Source of the DNA: Selaginella moellendorffii
Lineage: Eukaryota; Plantae; Lycopodiophyta
Direction of reading: 5' to 3'
DNA: 64,000 nucleotides
NCBI RefSeq assembly: GCF_000143415.4
Contig: NW_003314349.1
Span: forward strand, 71,172 to 135,171
The notes beneath the pieces are model-generated. The model was given only the letters and a program-made list of their open reading frames with translations, had not been told where the DNA came from and did no database searches. This document shows positions 52,270-63,845 of this stretch, piece by piece (positions within the stretch are counted from its first letter, which is position 1; each line of letters opens with the position of its first letter). A program made the translations under genes and the position numbers.

Positions 52270-53170
52270 GTTGCTCACGGCCTTCTTCTAGCCACACCAG
52301 CCTCCACTCCGGATGCTCTTGAGGTCCTCTCCGCTCGTATAGTGAGGATCCAGAATAAGAAAAGTGCTCTCGCCAGTAAGTTCGTTGTAATCCACGCCAA
52401 GTAATGTATATGCCAGGACTCCACCCCCTGTGTTTAACTTCCTTGATTATAGAGAGAAAAGATCATATTCTATGCTGATCACAACTGAAGTGCCTTGCGT
52501 GTCAAAATGTGCCGCAAGCTCCCGGGATTTTTCTGGTAAATCTGCTCCAGAACGGACGCTTAGTATCTTCGAAGTCACCTGCACAGAAACAAACAAATCA
52601 ATGAGAGATTAAGAAAACAACAAAAAGGGAGCCATGCTTTGTGAACACGTACCCCAAGTACAAAGCTTAACTCGATCGCTCCAATCCATTCTTTAGATCC
52701 AACAAAAGAAGGGTCCTTGTCTCCTATTTCTACAAGTGTTGCCTGGATCTCCCTGCAAAGTAAACAGCAAAGAAAGCATTAGTTGCTGACCATTGATGAT
52801 TACACCTGTGAGAAGGTTCTTTCATAAAAGTGTAATGCTGCAGCCTAAACCAACAACATTATAGTCTGCAAGGATCGAGATGCACAACCCAGCCCTGGAA
52901 AGCAAGCAATCCAAAGTCCCGGGAGTTGCAAAAAAAAAAAAAGCAGATTTTGTTTTTTTACATTGTCGTCCATTCAATCCTGAAGGTAGTGACAGTACTC
53001 GTACGAGCGGTCAATAACACTCACTTCTCCACCAGAAACTATGAATAACCGATGTGAGCTAACAAAGAACAATACAAATGAAGAACTCACAAGACCGAGA
53101 TGAACATCCAAAAGTCGCTTTCCTGGAAAAATTTAATCCAAGTGCTTACAAACGAAGATTTAAAGCCAGA
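52270..53170 (-). pseudogene. UFSP relic, 3' part
   Basis: Reverse complement of ~20925-21890 with deletions; introns retained. Confidence 0.9.
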
Positions 53171-53879
53171 TCCGCCCCGCGCAAGCGCATCCCTTCCGAC
53201 GATCGAGCAGCACGACGCCTTTGTCCGCCTCGCAGATCTGGCCGCCAGCGGCGCTCGCTAGCGATCGTATTGGCGATGGCGCCAGAGACTCCCTCGCATC
53301 GATGATCTTGACTCCAAGAACCACGATCGCGATGGTAGAAACAGCTGCGACCACATTCCAGACAGATATTTCAGGAGCACGATTCTTACCAGCGAGGAAG
53401 CACGCCAAGAACAGTGAAAATCCTCGGTCGCTTGGAATCCATGAGTGATCGGCTCGCGCGAGCTTGGATTCCTCGCTCGCCAAGGAGCGCCTCGTCCATT
53501 GCTCGTCACATGCAAGGTACAAAATTTTCTCAAAGCCTTTCAAGTTCGAATCCCGGGACTTATAAGGTCTCAAGTTCGAATCACGGGACATACAGGGTCT
53601 GCAGTTCGATTCTTGAGAAATTTCCCTGGCTTTGAGAGCTCCAGTGATACTTTAGATAGCTTGAATCAGAGCTGAATGCTTGTTCGTTTCTCTAGAGAAT
53701 TTTTTAGTGTTCTTGGTCGTTCCAAATTAGTAACATGTTTTATTTGGTCTGGCCATTTTATCGTTGGCGTCTTCCAGGTACGAAAGCTTTGCATAAGCCG
53801 ATATCATCGCGTTCCAGGAGACAACATTGAGCTCGAGCATGGAGTCGCCAATGCGAGGTACTTATGGTTTTGTGTTCTT

Positions 53880-54304
53880 GCCGCCCTTTTCTGGAGCACG
53901 GAGATGACACTGACGCAGCCATAGATTGGATCTTTCACTCGCATGTCCACCTCGTACGCCAAAGTGTTGATGCAATCCTCATGGAAGTAGACGAGGAGCT
54001 CGTTGAGCATCTTCCTCACGTTGGAGACGCCAAAGACGTTGTGAACGTTGGCAAAGCGCTCAGGCTGGTCCGGCAGGAAGTATGGCGCGAACAGGCACTC
54101 GGGCGTGCAGCGCCACTGTAGGTTTTGGCAAGCTGTGCAGGCGGAGGTGGTGCTCAACTGCTGGTGGTGGCTGTGGTGGTGATTTTGAGTTTGAGTTTGG
54201 TGGTGGGAGGAGAGATTTTGGGGGTGACTTTGGAGATTTTGGTGGTGGTGCTGCTGCTGCTCAGCTTTCTGCAGCTTCAGTTGGAATGTCAGTTGATTGG
54301 CCAC
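53880..54304 (-). pseudogene. LOB-domain (LBD) transcription factor fragment
   Basis: CX2CX6CX3C (CTACQNLQWRCTPEC), FAPYF, FGVSNV, DPIYGC; zipper truncated and conserved residues substituted. Confidence 0.85.
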
Positions 54305-54556
54305 TGAACAATAACCGTTTCAAAGCCTTCGTTTTTCCCCCTATTTTTTGTTTACTTATGCTGATTAAATAAAACTACTTTGCTCATGGCAGTAGCAGTC
54401 ATGGAAGAGATTAGTGATACATCAATGTATTCTGGCTATTCATCTGATTATACAACACAAAGAAGCTTCATCTTTGATGAAAGCCCTACTTCTCTACTCT
54501 CTATCCAAATTGTATGTTTGTACAGTTTGGTTACAAAATTATGTGTGAGTGATGTT

Positions 54557-55654
54557 TCAGTGGACAGTTTGCCATGCTCCATTTATACATCGCAGTCGAA
54601 TCTTTTTTGGCTCGATCATTATAGTTTTCAAGTGTTCTTCTTCCCGCTTTCTTTTCACACACCATTTCCCGGGCTCTGACTGCTGGAAAACCAACTTCAA
54701 ACTCATTTTCCCTGCCTTTGTTTGATCCTGGAGCTTTTCCATTGTCAATTCGTGTTGTGGACTTGACAAATTCCTCACCACCCAAGGATGCTTCTTCACT
54801 TTTTGCAAAGACAGCCTCTTCTCAGGGTCGATGTTGAGCAAATGCAGAATGAGTTTTTTAGCTTCGTTGTTTATACCTATCCAATCGAGAGAGCTTATTG
54901 GCAAATCCTCTAAACATCCTAATCTTTTCTCAATTTCCTGCGATGCCAGCCCTGGAAATGCACACTTTCCAGACAACATCTCATAAAGAACAATCCCCAT
55001 GCTCCACACATCAACCCTCTCGTCATAAACACAGCCAGGAGATGACATCTCAGGAGCTCTATACCTCTCTGTCCCAACCATCCCCCTCATGATCATACCT
55101 GGTGGTGACCCCTTCTTTGAAAACCTTGACGATGTTCCAAAGTCTGCCAACTTTACATTCCCAAATAAGCTTTCCCCAAACCCAAGAAGGATGTTCCCAG
55201 GCTTGATGTCCCTGTGAGTGACACCCCTCCTGTGCATCTTGTGGACTGCCTTGGCCACTTGCTTGATCACAATTGCAGCTTCGTGCTCACTAAGCCTCTT
55301 TTTTCTAAGTAGTACATCTCTTAGTGAACACTGACATAGCTCCATGACAAGATGATAGTAATCCTCATCCCTAAAAACCTCCACAAGCTCAGGTACCATT
55401 GCTCCACCACTCGGACTATGCATCTTTGAGAGATGCACCAGTGCCTCAATCTCTGCCTCAGCTTCTTCTCGTAGGCCTCCATCTGGGAGCGTGTCATCGG
55501 TGATCGAGTCTTCAATTGCGTAATCACTCACTCGAATTGTTTTACATGCGAAAAACTTGCCATCTACCTTGCGCTTCATCTTGTATACGATTGCTTGGCC
55601 ACCACGACCGAGCTCTTCCTCCAGAGTATAAAAGTTCTCTATATCACTCCCCAT
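54557..55654 (-). CDS. Intronless CAMK-group Ser/Thr kinase (PPCK/PEPKR-like, no EF-hands), 365 aa
   Basis: ELGRGGQAIV, ACK, HRDIKPGN, LADFG, RAPE, DVWSMG all intact; start MGSDIE at 55654. Confidence 0.88.
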   Translation of the reverse strand: MGSDIENFYTLEEELGRGGQAIVYKMKRKVDGKFFACKTIRVSDYAIEDSITDDTLPDGGLREEAEAEIEALVHLSKMHSPSGGAMVPELVEVFRDEDYYHLVMELCQCSLRDVLLRKKRLSEHEAAIVIKQVAKAVHKMHRRGVTHRDIKPGNILLGFGESLFGNVKLADFGTSSRFSKKGSPPGMIMRGMVGTERYRAPEMSSPGCVYDERVDVWSMGIVLYEMLSGKCAFPGLASQEIEKRLGCLEDLPISSLDWIGINNEAKKLILHLLNIDPEKRLSLQKVKKHPWVVRNLSSPQHELTMEKLQDQTKAGKMSLKLVFQQSEPGKWCVKRKREEEHLKTIMIEPKKIRLRCINGAWQTVH

Positions 55655-55859
55655 TCTCGCTGCTCTCTGTCCTCTCTTAACAATATACCCTAACAAAAGG
55701 ATTCCGTAGTAAAGGCAAATATATTTCTGCGTTATTCTGAGGAAAAATATTTCTAGACAGTAAAAGAGAAAACAAGCAAGAAAAGAAAAGATACCAGTGC
55801 CAGCGTAGCCCCTCCCCAAGATGGAGGAGGCATTCCAAGAACAGCCGGCCCTTCGGCCC

Positions 55860-56330
55860 ACCCGGCCCTTCGTTGGCAATCAGCTCCAGCGTCCTGGCCA
55901 GCTCCTCGTTGCGAAGAACATCACCAGCTTTCGCCAGCTTCCCATTCCGCGAGAGGAACTTTCGAAGCGTTCTGTGAGCTAGAATCCCCTTGAGACTCTG
56001 AGCAATTTCAAATTCCAGGTAAGGTGTTACCACGAATCCATCCCGGGCTAGCTTGATGGCCGGCTCCAAGAGCGATTTCCAGGGCAGCCTTCCAAAGTGT
56101 TGCCACGCGAGGTGGAGTCCAGCGAGCTCGCCAGGAACTCCAGCGGACGAAACAGCATCGACGTTAGAGGATGGCTTCTTTGCGTACATGTCCTGGAAAA
56201 AAACGAGAGGAGTTCTCCGTGGATGGAATGTAATGTAATGAAAGATAGAAAAAACCAAGTACCTTGGATGCCGCGGCTGGGGCGATCTCGCGCATGTCAT
56301 AGGCGATGGCGGAGGCGAGTTGCAGGAGCA
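55860..56330 (-). pseudogene. Gamma-glutamyltranspeptidase internal fragment (with one intron)
   Basis: AYDMREIAPAAAS|DMY...GVPGELAGLHLAWQHFGRLPWKSLLEPAIKLARDGFVV...LARTLELIANEGP. Confidence 0.88.
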
Positions 56331-56351
56331 AGAACCTCGCAAACAGCCAAA

Positions 56352-57655
56352 CCGGTTGGAGATGAACTGTGGTCCTCTGATAGTTAATGCATTGGCAACG
56401 CGGAAAAGTGGACGATCTAGTGGCAAGCCGAGCCGAGAATGCGATGCTCTCCGGAGGTCAACTACAATAACAACACACACTTTGACAGTGAGTCAGGCAA
56501 GTAATAAAAGCTCACCAGAGTCGCGTTCAAGCTGGTTCTTATCGAAAATGGCTGTTACAGGATGCACGCTAGCGGGAACTTTGAAATGATATGGGCGCAG
56601 CTCTCTACTCTACTCACGAGTCATACCTGAAGACTGGTATTCCTTGCCGACAAAGCTTTACCAATGGATTTCCAGTTGAATCGTCAGAGCACGAGTGATT
56701 GTGTTCATCGCTTTGTGCAAGGCGGAGTTCCTGGAAACTAAGCATAGCACGTCCAGGGAAACCGTGGCTGTGTGTAGCAAGGTTCCTTCTGCAGCTATGT
56801 AAGGAAAATGAGAAGCGGATAAACAAACCGGCACCACTTACAAGGAGTGTAATGAACCACGGAGGCAATCACTTGATCAGTCTGCTTGCTCAACCAACCA
56901 GAGGATGTGCTATCTGGAAAGCAAACTCATCAGAGTTCTTACAAACTTGTGTTTGAGAGCTTACCAAAGAGTCGAAAAGAGCTGGATCTGGGAACACAGA
57001 TTGTAGCTCTTCGTTAGCTTGAGAGCGACCGAGAAATCTTCTCGATGATCCTTCCACAATACATACAGTGCTTGAGCTCGTGAAACTTCTCTAATCTTCC
57101 CATCCAGCTGCTTCTTAAGATCTAATGTCACACAGTTAGAAAAGTAGAAGAGAAAAAAAAAAGTCTAGACGAACTACCTGAGGAAGTTCCGGAAGATGTG
57201 TAGATCGAAAGGCCAAGCTCGACTTGACAATGAAGAAGCGCTGTGGATTCCCAAAACTCTTTCGTGGAAAAGGAAGATTGCTCGATCGGTTGTAGAGCCT
57301 GAGAGAAGAACGTAATGCCATCGCTGGAGCTGGATCGAGTAGCAGCAACAATATCGTTCGATGAGACCAGAGGCTTTTCCTGGCCACAGCACACGCCTTT
57401 GCAGCATCCGATCCAACCAGCAATGCTCCAATCACTTCCAGCCCTCCGGGAAGAAGGATCCGCAATTCACCTCGCCAAATGCTCGGAACCCCGAAATCTC
57501 TTTGCCTGGAGCCCTACCTTCCTCAGCGGCGTAAATCTGGATCGCCATCCTTGTAGCGCAGGCAGCGGATCGAGGAAGCGATCGTCCGGGACTCCAATCA
57601 GCCACGCTACGCCGGCATTCTCTTGTCTGTGCTTGGCGAGATCGCACAACACCCT
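56352..57655 (-). pseudogene. UFSP relic, 5' part
   Basis: Reverse complement of ~19530-20920. Confidence 0.9.
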
Positions 57656-57782
57656 AAGTTGACTTGCTGACTAGAAAGTTTGATCTTCATTGACTGTAAT
57701 TCTTGGGAGTTTTCGCAAATCCTCCTAGCAATATAGCTGAAACAACACTACTTTCGCGCGATTCTTTGCAATTACAACTATC

Positions 57783-59510
57783 TAAAAAACGTTCATACAT
57801 CTCGGATCTCTTGCCTCTCCTTCCACAGCCCGAGACTTCCATAGATGTTCGCCATAAGAGCGTAGGCCAAGTCTAATCTCCTGTCCAGAGCAATCAAACG
57901 CTGAAACGCCAATCTGTTGAGGTATACGCTCCCTATGACATGATCCTAGGTGGCAGGAGTGCCACTTCACTGATCCAGGTGTAGGCTAGAGGTGTGTCTT
58001 TTCATCATGTATATATAGCTATGATATATACGATTATCTTTTGAGTCATCCACCATCGTAGCTTCCGCTCTTCTTCTCTTCATGGTATCAGAGCCCTGAG
58101 GGCTTCAGATCCAGGGACGATGGCGCTGGCCGAGGAGGAGGCTAGCGAGGATGACGATGAGCCACCGGACGTGGCTGAGAGGTGCCAAGATTTGGCACTA
58201 TGCTGCATTGAGCACCAAGAGACTGGCCCAGAGGCGCTGGCAGAGGTGCTGAGAGAGGGCTGGCTTGAGGCACCGAGTGGTATTGGAGTGCTGAGTGAGG
58301 CGCTGGAGAGCAGCCGAAGGCGCTGGCAGAGGCGCTGAGAGGAGGCACCGAGCAGAGACTGCACTAGGGCGCTGAGCAAGGCGCTAGGGCTGGCTTGAGG
58401 CACCGGAGCGCTGAGTGAGGTGCTGGTGCGAGAGAGCGGCCCTGAGGCGCTGAGAGAGTGGTGCAAGGCACAGAGGCGCTGGCAGAGGCGCTGAGAGAGG
58501 AGAGACTGCGATCAGAGGCCGTGAACAAGGCGCTAGGGCGTGTGAGACCCCACGGAGACTGGCCAGAGGTGAGTGCCAGGCGTAGAGGCACGAGGCCCTG
58601 AGGGCTTTTGAGTCATCCACCATCGTAGCTTCCGCTCTTCTTCTCTTCACAATCTCCCCACCATAGAGTTCTTCCATTTGTGGCACCCTGCGAGCACGGT
58701 CGTCCAAGTTACCAGCGTCGCCTCAAATGGCATCCTCGCCACCATAGCCACCGCTTCCTCGAGCCTGTTACTTCTGCTGAGAAGATCCACCACCCAGTGG
58801 TAGCGATGGATCCCGGGAGCCAGCCCAAACTTTGAGCTCATCTCTTCGAAGTAACGCTTGCCAAGATCGACCAAGCCGGCGTGGCTGCAAGCCGAGAGAA
58901 GCAAGGAGAAGATCATCACGTTTGGACGAAGGCCTTTGTCTAGCAGCGCCTGGAAGAGCTCCAGAACTCGTGGAGTGTCTCCCTGCCTGCTATATCCTGC
59001 GACCAAGTCTGTCCAGCCCACCATATCCTCCTGCGAGCTTAGCTGGAATGCCTCGAGAGCTTCATCCATGCTTCCACACCTTCCATAGAACTCGACCAGC
59101 GTCGCGGCGATGGAGGCCTCTCTTTCCAGTCCAGCGTCCCGGATTTGCTCGTGGATCTCTTGGCCGGTTTCCAGCGCCGCGAAGTTCCCGCACGCCTTGA
59201 GAGCCGCCACGAAAGTCCCACCGCTTCTCTTCCATCATGCGCCGGAAGAGCTCCAGAGCGAGCTCGTCTTGGCTGTTGTCGACGCAGCCAAAGATCATGG
59301 ACGTCCACGAGATGACGTTGTGATCTTGCATGGAGTCGAAAACTCTTTGTGCGTCGGCGATGTTTCCACACTTTCGCGATCTAGCGACACTGCCACACCT
59401 GGAGTACATGCTCACCATGCTAGATCCCACGAAACAGGTCAGAATCGAGGCCGCATTCCACCGCCGCCGCGTGGATCCTCTTGCCCCGCGCTAGATCCTT
59501 GCTCTTGGCG
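57783..59510 (-). pseudogene. Relic of the PPR gene 17560-19344, interrupted by a TRIM
   Basis: Reverse-complement match with a ~690-bp internal deletion and frameshifts. Confidence 0.92.
57915..58649 (+). mobile_element. TRIM with a truncated 3' LTR
   Basis: 5' LTR 57915-58082 (TG..CA), PBS TGGTATCAGAGCC, GC-rich repetitive interior, last ~45 bp of the LTR at 58605-58649, TSD CAATC. Confidence 0.9.
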
Positions 59511-59639
59511 CCATATACTAACCACTGTTACTGCTAAGCCGAGACAATTATATATATCAAACATAATGTATTGAAGAGCAGACTTCAAATCAGAATAAAT
59601 CAAATAAGCAAACTGTGTTGATGCATATTCAGTAAGTAT

Positions 59640-60340
59640 AATCAAGTAAATCATAATGAAATTTAAGACTGCTTAATCGAAGTGGACTGCTGGAGAGAAA
59701 TCAAACACGCTGCCAAGCACTCAGAGTTTTTCGACCCCAAGAACTTTGTAAGTTCCACCACCTTTCCCACTCTACAGCTACCATGGTAGTGATACATGGT
59801 TGCCAGACCACCTTTCCTGGGCTTCAGTAAAGGATTCCTTCGATTTGGAGCAGCCACAATCCTATCTGATTTGTGAGATAAACCATGGTTTAGCCTTAAG
59901 GGTCTTAAAGTAGTTTGTTAGGTTAAAACACATTATATTTTATCCTTTGAATTCATACAAATGAGAAAGAAGTCATGCGTGCTGATGCTAAGTGGAATTG
60001 GTCCCAGAGAACACCTTCAAGCTAAGAACATCGAAGTGGTCGTAGATTCACCCAAGGTTGGAAAAAACATTGTTGACCACCAGAGTCTACATCCTCTCAC
60101 CATCCCCAGTTGAAGTTTCACTCATCCAGAGTGTGGTACTTGATCCATCTGGAACGCACTTCGAATCGTTAAGTGGTACACAGCACAGTCCAACCGTTGT
60201 GGTCAAGCAGAAGGTTGCTAACCCAGAGATCCGATATTTAACTCTGAATGCTGATGATAATCTCAAGTCACCTTTAACTACTTGAAAGATCCTGTTGATA
60301 TGCAAACGTGCGTGAGTGGAGCTAACACACTTGAAATAAT
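59640..60340. pseudogene. GMC oxidoreductase scraps in both orientations
   Basis: 59640-59860 is the GMC 3' end on the minus strand; 59975-60340 is the GMC ATG fused to exon 2 on the plus strand. Confidence 0.85.
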
Positions 60341-60354
60341 TTAACAAAATATAC

Positions 60355-61271
60355 CTAGCTAGTCTTTGTCTTGTATTGCTCGTAGATCTTCTCGAGTGCG
60401 CTGAGCTGTTTCTGGACAAAAACCTTGCCAACCTCAAACACATCCCGGAATTCATATGTGAAACTATAGGAAAACCCCAAATCCTCCAGAATCGCCAGCC
60501 TCTCCTTGAGTGGAGACGCTCCATCATCCAGCAGCCGCCTGATTTGTGATCTCCTGAACGGAGGCTCCAAAGTGTGCACTCGACTTGTAGAGGCTCCGGG
60601 AGAAAGCAGCTGGTGCGATGAAGGTCCTGCTTCCACTTCCCTTGGAGCACCATCCAACAAGACCGGTGTGAGGAACAAGCTGTGGAAAACTTGCTCTCCT
60701 TGGTTGCCAAATCTCATGTCCCATCTGCTGTACTTGGCAAGTTTGTCCCTCAGTTTCGCTGTGCTCAATATGTCTGTATCACCGGCCGCCAAAAGGATTT
60801 CTGCTTCCGCGACTGTGGCCAGTGCAGATACCCACTGCGTTGAAAGATGTTCAGGCAGAGTCTTCATGACCAAGTATAGGCTCTCTTGATGATCCTGTAT
60901 GAGGCTGATGACCTTTGATCCATAATCCTCGTCGTTGTGCTCCAGCTCGGCTCTTTGCTGTGATATAATCACTGCTCTTACAGCCTCGTGGAGGTCTTCG
61001 ACTTCCTCCACTTCATCGGTCGCGTTCTTTTTGTCCTCGACAACCACATAATCAAGCCACATAATCAAAGCTACTTCATCGTTGTGGAACCGAACTCTGT
61101 GGAATCTACAAGGCGCAACACCAAGTCTTGCAATGTCATGCTGTAGTGCTTGCAATACCTCATGGCCATCAATTGCATGCGCCTTGACAAACGCAACTCC
61201 AGGAGCTCTATAACATCTCTGAAGCACATCAGTGGGGTCGTTCCCAGGGAATGGTATTCACGAGAATCCAT
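60355..61271 (-). pseudogene. Frameshifted copy of the orphan ORF
   Basis: Matches 14621-15565; frameshift after RLVDST. Confidence 0.85.
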
Positions 61272-61534
61272 TGGGACTTGAAACCCTAAATGATGTTCCG
61301 ACTTGGACTCGATCCGTGGACGCGAGAGAGAGAATCCACGACACGCATCAAATGGCTGGATCTCTCGCACCATGCGCCGGAAGCGCTCCAGAGCGAGCTC
61401 GTCTTGGCCGTTGTCGACGCAGCCAAAGATCATGGACGTCCACGAGCTGACGTTGTGATGTTGCATGGAGTCGAAAACTCCCTGCGCGTCGCCGTGTCGA
61501 CGTGTCGACGAGGGAAAATGCTGGAGTGAGCCAT

Positions 61535-62375
61535 ATCTCTACTCTAGTTTTTTCCATTTCTAAGTCTTTGTGGCTTTGGCAATAGCATGCGGCGAGGCTG
61601 AGGACTCAAGAGGGAGATGATGATAGCTACGATCTATCCCTTGTATTCATATGCATACTTTGTAAACCGTGAGGAGTACAAGAGGAAGCACTTGGCGATC
61701 CCGCCAAGACTAGCCTGGCTCAAGGGCCACGACCAAGAACTTTTCTAGCTGCGATCAAGGCTTGCGGCTGCTGTGCAGTGAAAGGGGAGGCTGTGGAGAT
61801 CGACTCCCGGCTCGTCAAGCTCGCTTCTCTGAAGAAAGGTCGATGCTTACCTTGGCGAGTTGCATCAGGGGTGCGTTTGATCTTCTGGGCGCGTTTGCTC
61901 TCTGCACCACACCGCCCCCGCCTTTCTCGACCCATTCCCGGAGAAGCTCTTTCACTCGAGGCAGCACTATGAACTCCACGTCCAGGCTGAAAACCAGGAT
62001 CCGCCAGTAACGCCCTCGTGCTGGTGTCTCAAAAGAAGACCGTCAAGAAGTGCTGCCTTGCGAGAAATCAAAGCTGGAGCACTCCAGCCCCTGGCGGACC
62101 GCGAGAGCTCCTCCGGTGTGGCCGCGAGAGCTCCTCTGTGGGGAGATGGACGATCATTGTTGCAAACATCCCAGCTTCCTTCTCCGTGTCCATGTGGAAC
62201 TTTTGAAGTGTCCTCCAGCCTCGTGGGGCAGCAGCTTGTAGAGCTTCACGTCGAGCTCCAGAGCTCTGGGATCCAGCCCCAGAAGCTTGGGGCAGGAGAT
62301 CTTATCTGGAATGCTCGCCTCGAGGAGCGTCCTCTCCGAGACCATATGGCGCTTGCTGGCAAACCGACTTGACCA
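61535..62375 (-). pseudogene. Microbial-type 2OG-Fe(II) dioxygenase relic (copy 3; 3' part 61535-61840 re-inverted)
   Basis: YKLLPHEAGGHF, FHMDTEKEAGMFATMIVHLP, GHTGGALAVRQG on the minus strand; LKGHD segment on the plus strand. Confidence 0.72.
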
Positions 62376-62537
62376 GACCCTGCTGGCCCCTGGAAATCCA
62401 CAGCTCTCTTAAACCCTAAAATGTTCTGTGCATCTTTCTTACTTTTATTCAAGAGAACCGATGTCGTTGACGTAAGCGTTATAAAATAAAAAGACTAAAA
62501 TAATACTCCTGCTTCTTGGGTTTAAAATTTGGGGGGG

Positions 62538-62730
62538 TTGGGTTGTGCCAGGCTAAGGCGGTAGTGTAAGGCCAAAGCGACACGTGGAGAGCCGGGTAGC
62601 AAGCTACCGGTGGCCCTCCTCCCACAAAAAATTAGGTTAATAGCGTTGGGACACGTGGTCCCATATCAGCTATTAAACTGATAAGAACAGATACTACACT
62701 TGATCTTAGCCAAAAGGCCGAGAAAGGTAT
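62538..62730 (-). ncRNA. U2: U2 snRNA (copy 3)
   Basis: Reverse complement of copy 2, essentially identical and without indels. Confidence 0.95.
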
Positions 62731-62754
62731 GAGCTTACCATGCCTAGCCCTCTC

Positions 62755-62802
62755 TTTATATACTCAAGCCCTGGCACGATTCTGCGCCTTCGCATGTGGG
62801 AT
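62755..62802 (-). promoter_or_regulatory. snRNA USE + TATA
   Basis: ATCCCACATGCG (62802-62791) and TATATAAA (62762-62755) on the minus strand. Confidence 0.85.
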
Positions 62803-63268
62803 AGGGCGCACGCTTACGTGTCGCCCACGTTGAGCGCCGACGTGTCAAAAATTAGGGTACAGGTGGTTGCCATCTTATTTTCATCGTCATAAAAAATTCT
62901 TGTTTTATGCTGTTTATATAGGTTTATGATTAGTAAATGAGCTTTTTCCTGGAACGCTAAGTCTCTATTTTTTGTTTTACTTTCTAATAAGTTCTTGCAA
63001 TAGGTGGTGCTTTGGTAAGCAATTGCCAAAGCTTTTCTATTGATCTTGTGTTCCAGCTTCTTTCGTGCTCTAGAATATTTGTCTTTGATTTTCTTTCTAA
63101 AGCTCAAAGCTTTGTAGGTTTTTAAATTCACTTTCTTTTTATATTTCTTCATCACGTAAACTCGGTGCGGAAGCAGTTTAGAAGAAGAAACTACTTTTCT
63201 AGAGCTGGATTCGTACTGCTGTAACTTCGATCTTCCTCCTGGCGAAACAAGACATCTGAAATGAAAAA

Positions 63269-63318
63269 TGCGGTGAACGTGGAACGAACACGCGACCTTC
63301 AGATCTTCAGTCTGACGC
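63269..63318 (-). pseudogene. tRNA-Phe 3' fragment
   Basis: GCGTCAGACTGAAGATCTGAAGGTCGCGTGTTCG...CACCGCA; the 5' 23 nt are replaced by GH1 sequence. Confidence 0.88.
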
Positions 63319-63845
63319 AGAACCTTATAACGATGATACTGATCCACTGCAACATCTCCAGTTGTTCCATCCATTACTTTTCCGGGAGTGTGAGCATAAA
63401 CGTCCCAGATGCTTGGGCCCCTTGCACCTTCTTTAACAGCGCCTTCATACTGCAACATAAACGTTGCTTGAAGAATGACGAAAAGCTCTAAGCTCCACCT
63501 GGTATGACGCGGACGATGTTCCAGCTTGAAGCAGCGCATTCTGGAAAGGGTCCAGTCCGAGGCAGTGACGCTATCCCACTCATAAGATGCATTCACTTGA
63601 GCGTAGTCATCCAAGCCCACGATCCGGTCGATCTCGGACTTTGGTGCACGAGTCATGAAGCCACCGTTTACAGAGCTTCCTCCCCCAAGGATTCTTGCTC
63701 TTGCATTTGGTACCAGATCTGTGGTAAAAAATCCTTGAGAATGAGCTTGATCGAAAATGCTCAATGCAGAATTCTCTTCTCTCACGAACACGGCATTTCC
63801 ATACCTCTTTCCAGGAGCAGGACTTTGGAGTTTTGCGACAGAGAT
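63319..63845 (-). pseudogene. Fused GMC exon-1 fragment + GH1 5' relic
   Basis: REENSALS...[14 protein letters not shown] (GMC) joined near 63520 to GH1 [28 protein letters not shown]. Confidence 0.87.

Noticed and set aside
55655-55879. 75-aa N-terminal extension of the kinase in the ORF track
   Set aside because: It starts at a non-ATG codon in the GGT fragment end and runs through intron-like sequence; the kinase plausibly starts at 55654.
53171-56351. Pack-MULE or Helitron label for the insert
   Set aside because: No terminal inverted repeats, no convincing TSD and no CTRR end with hairpin; the right end is GGT coding sequence.
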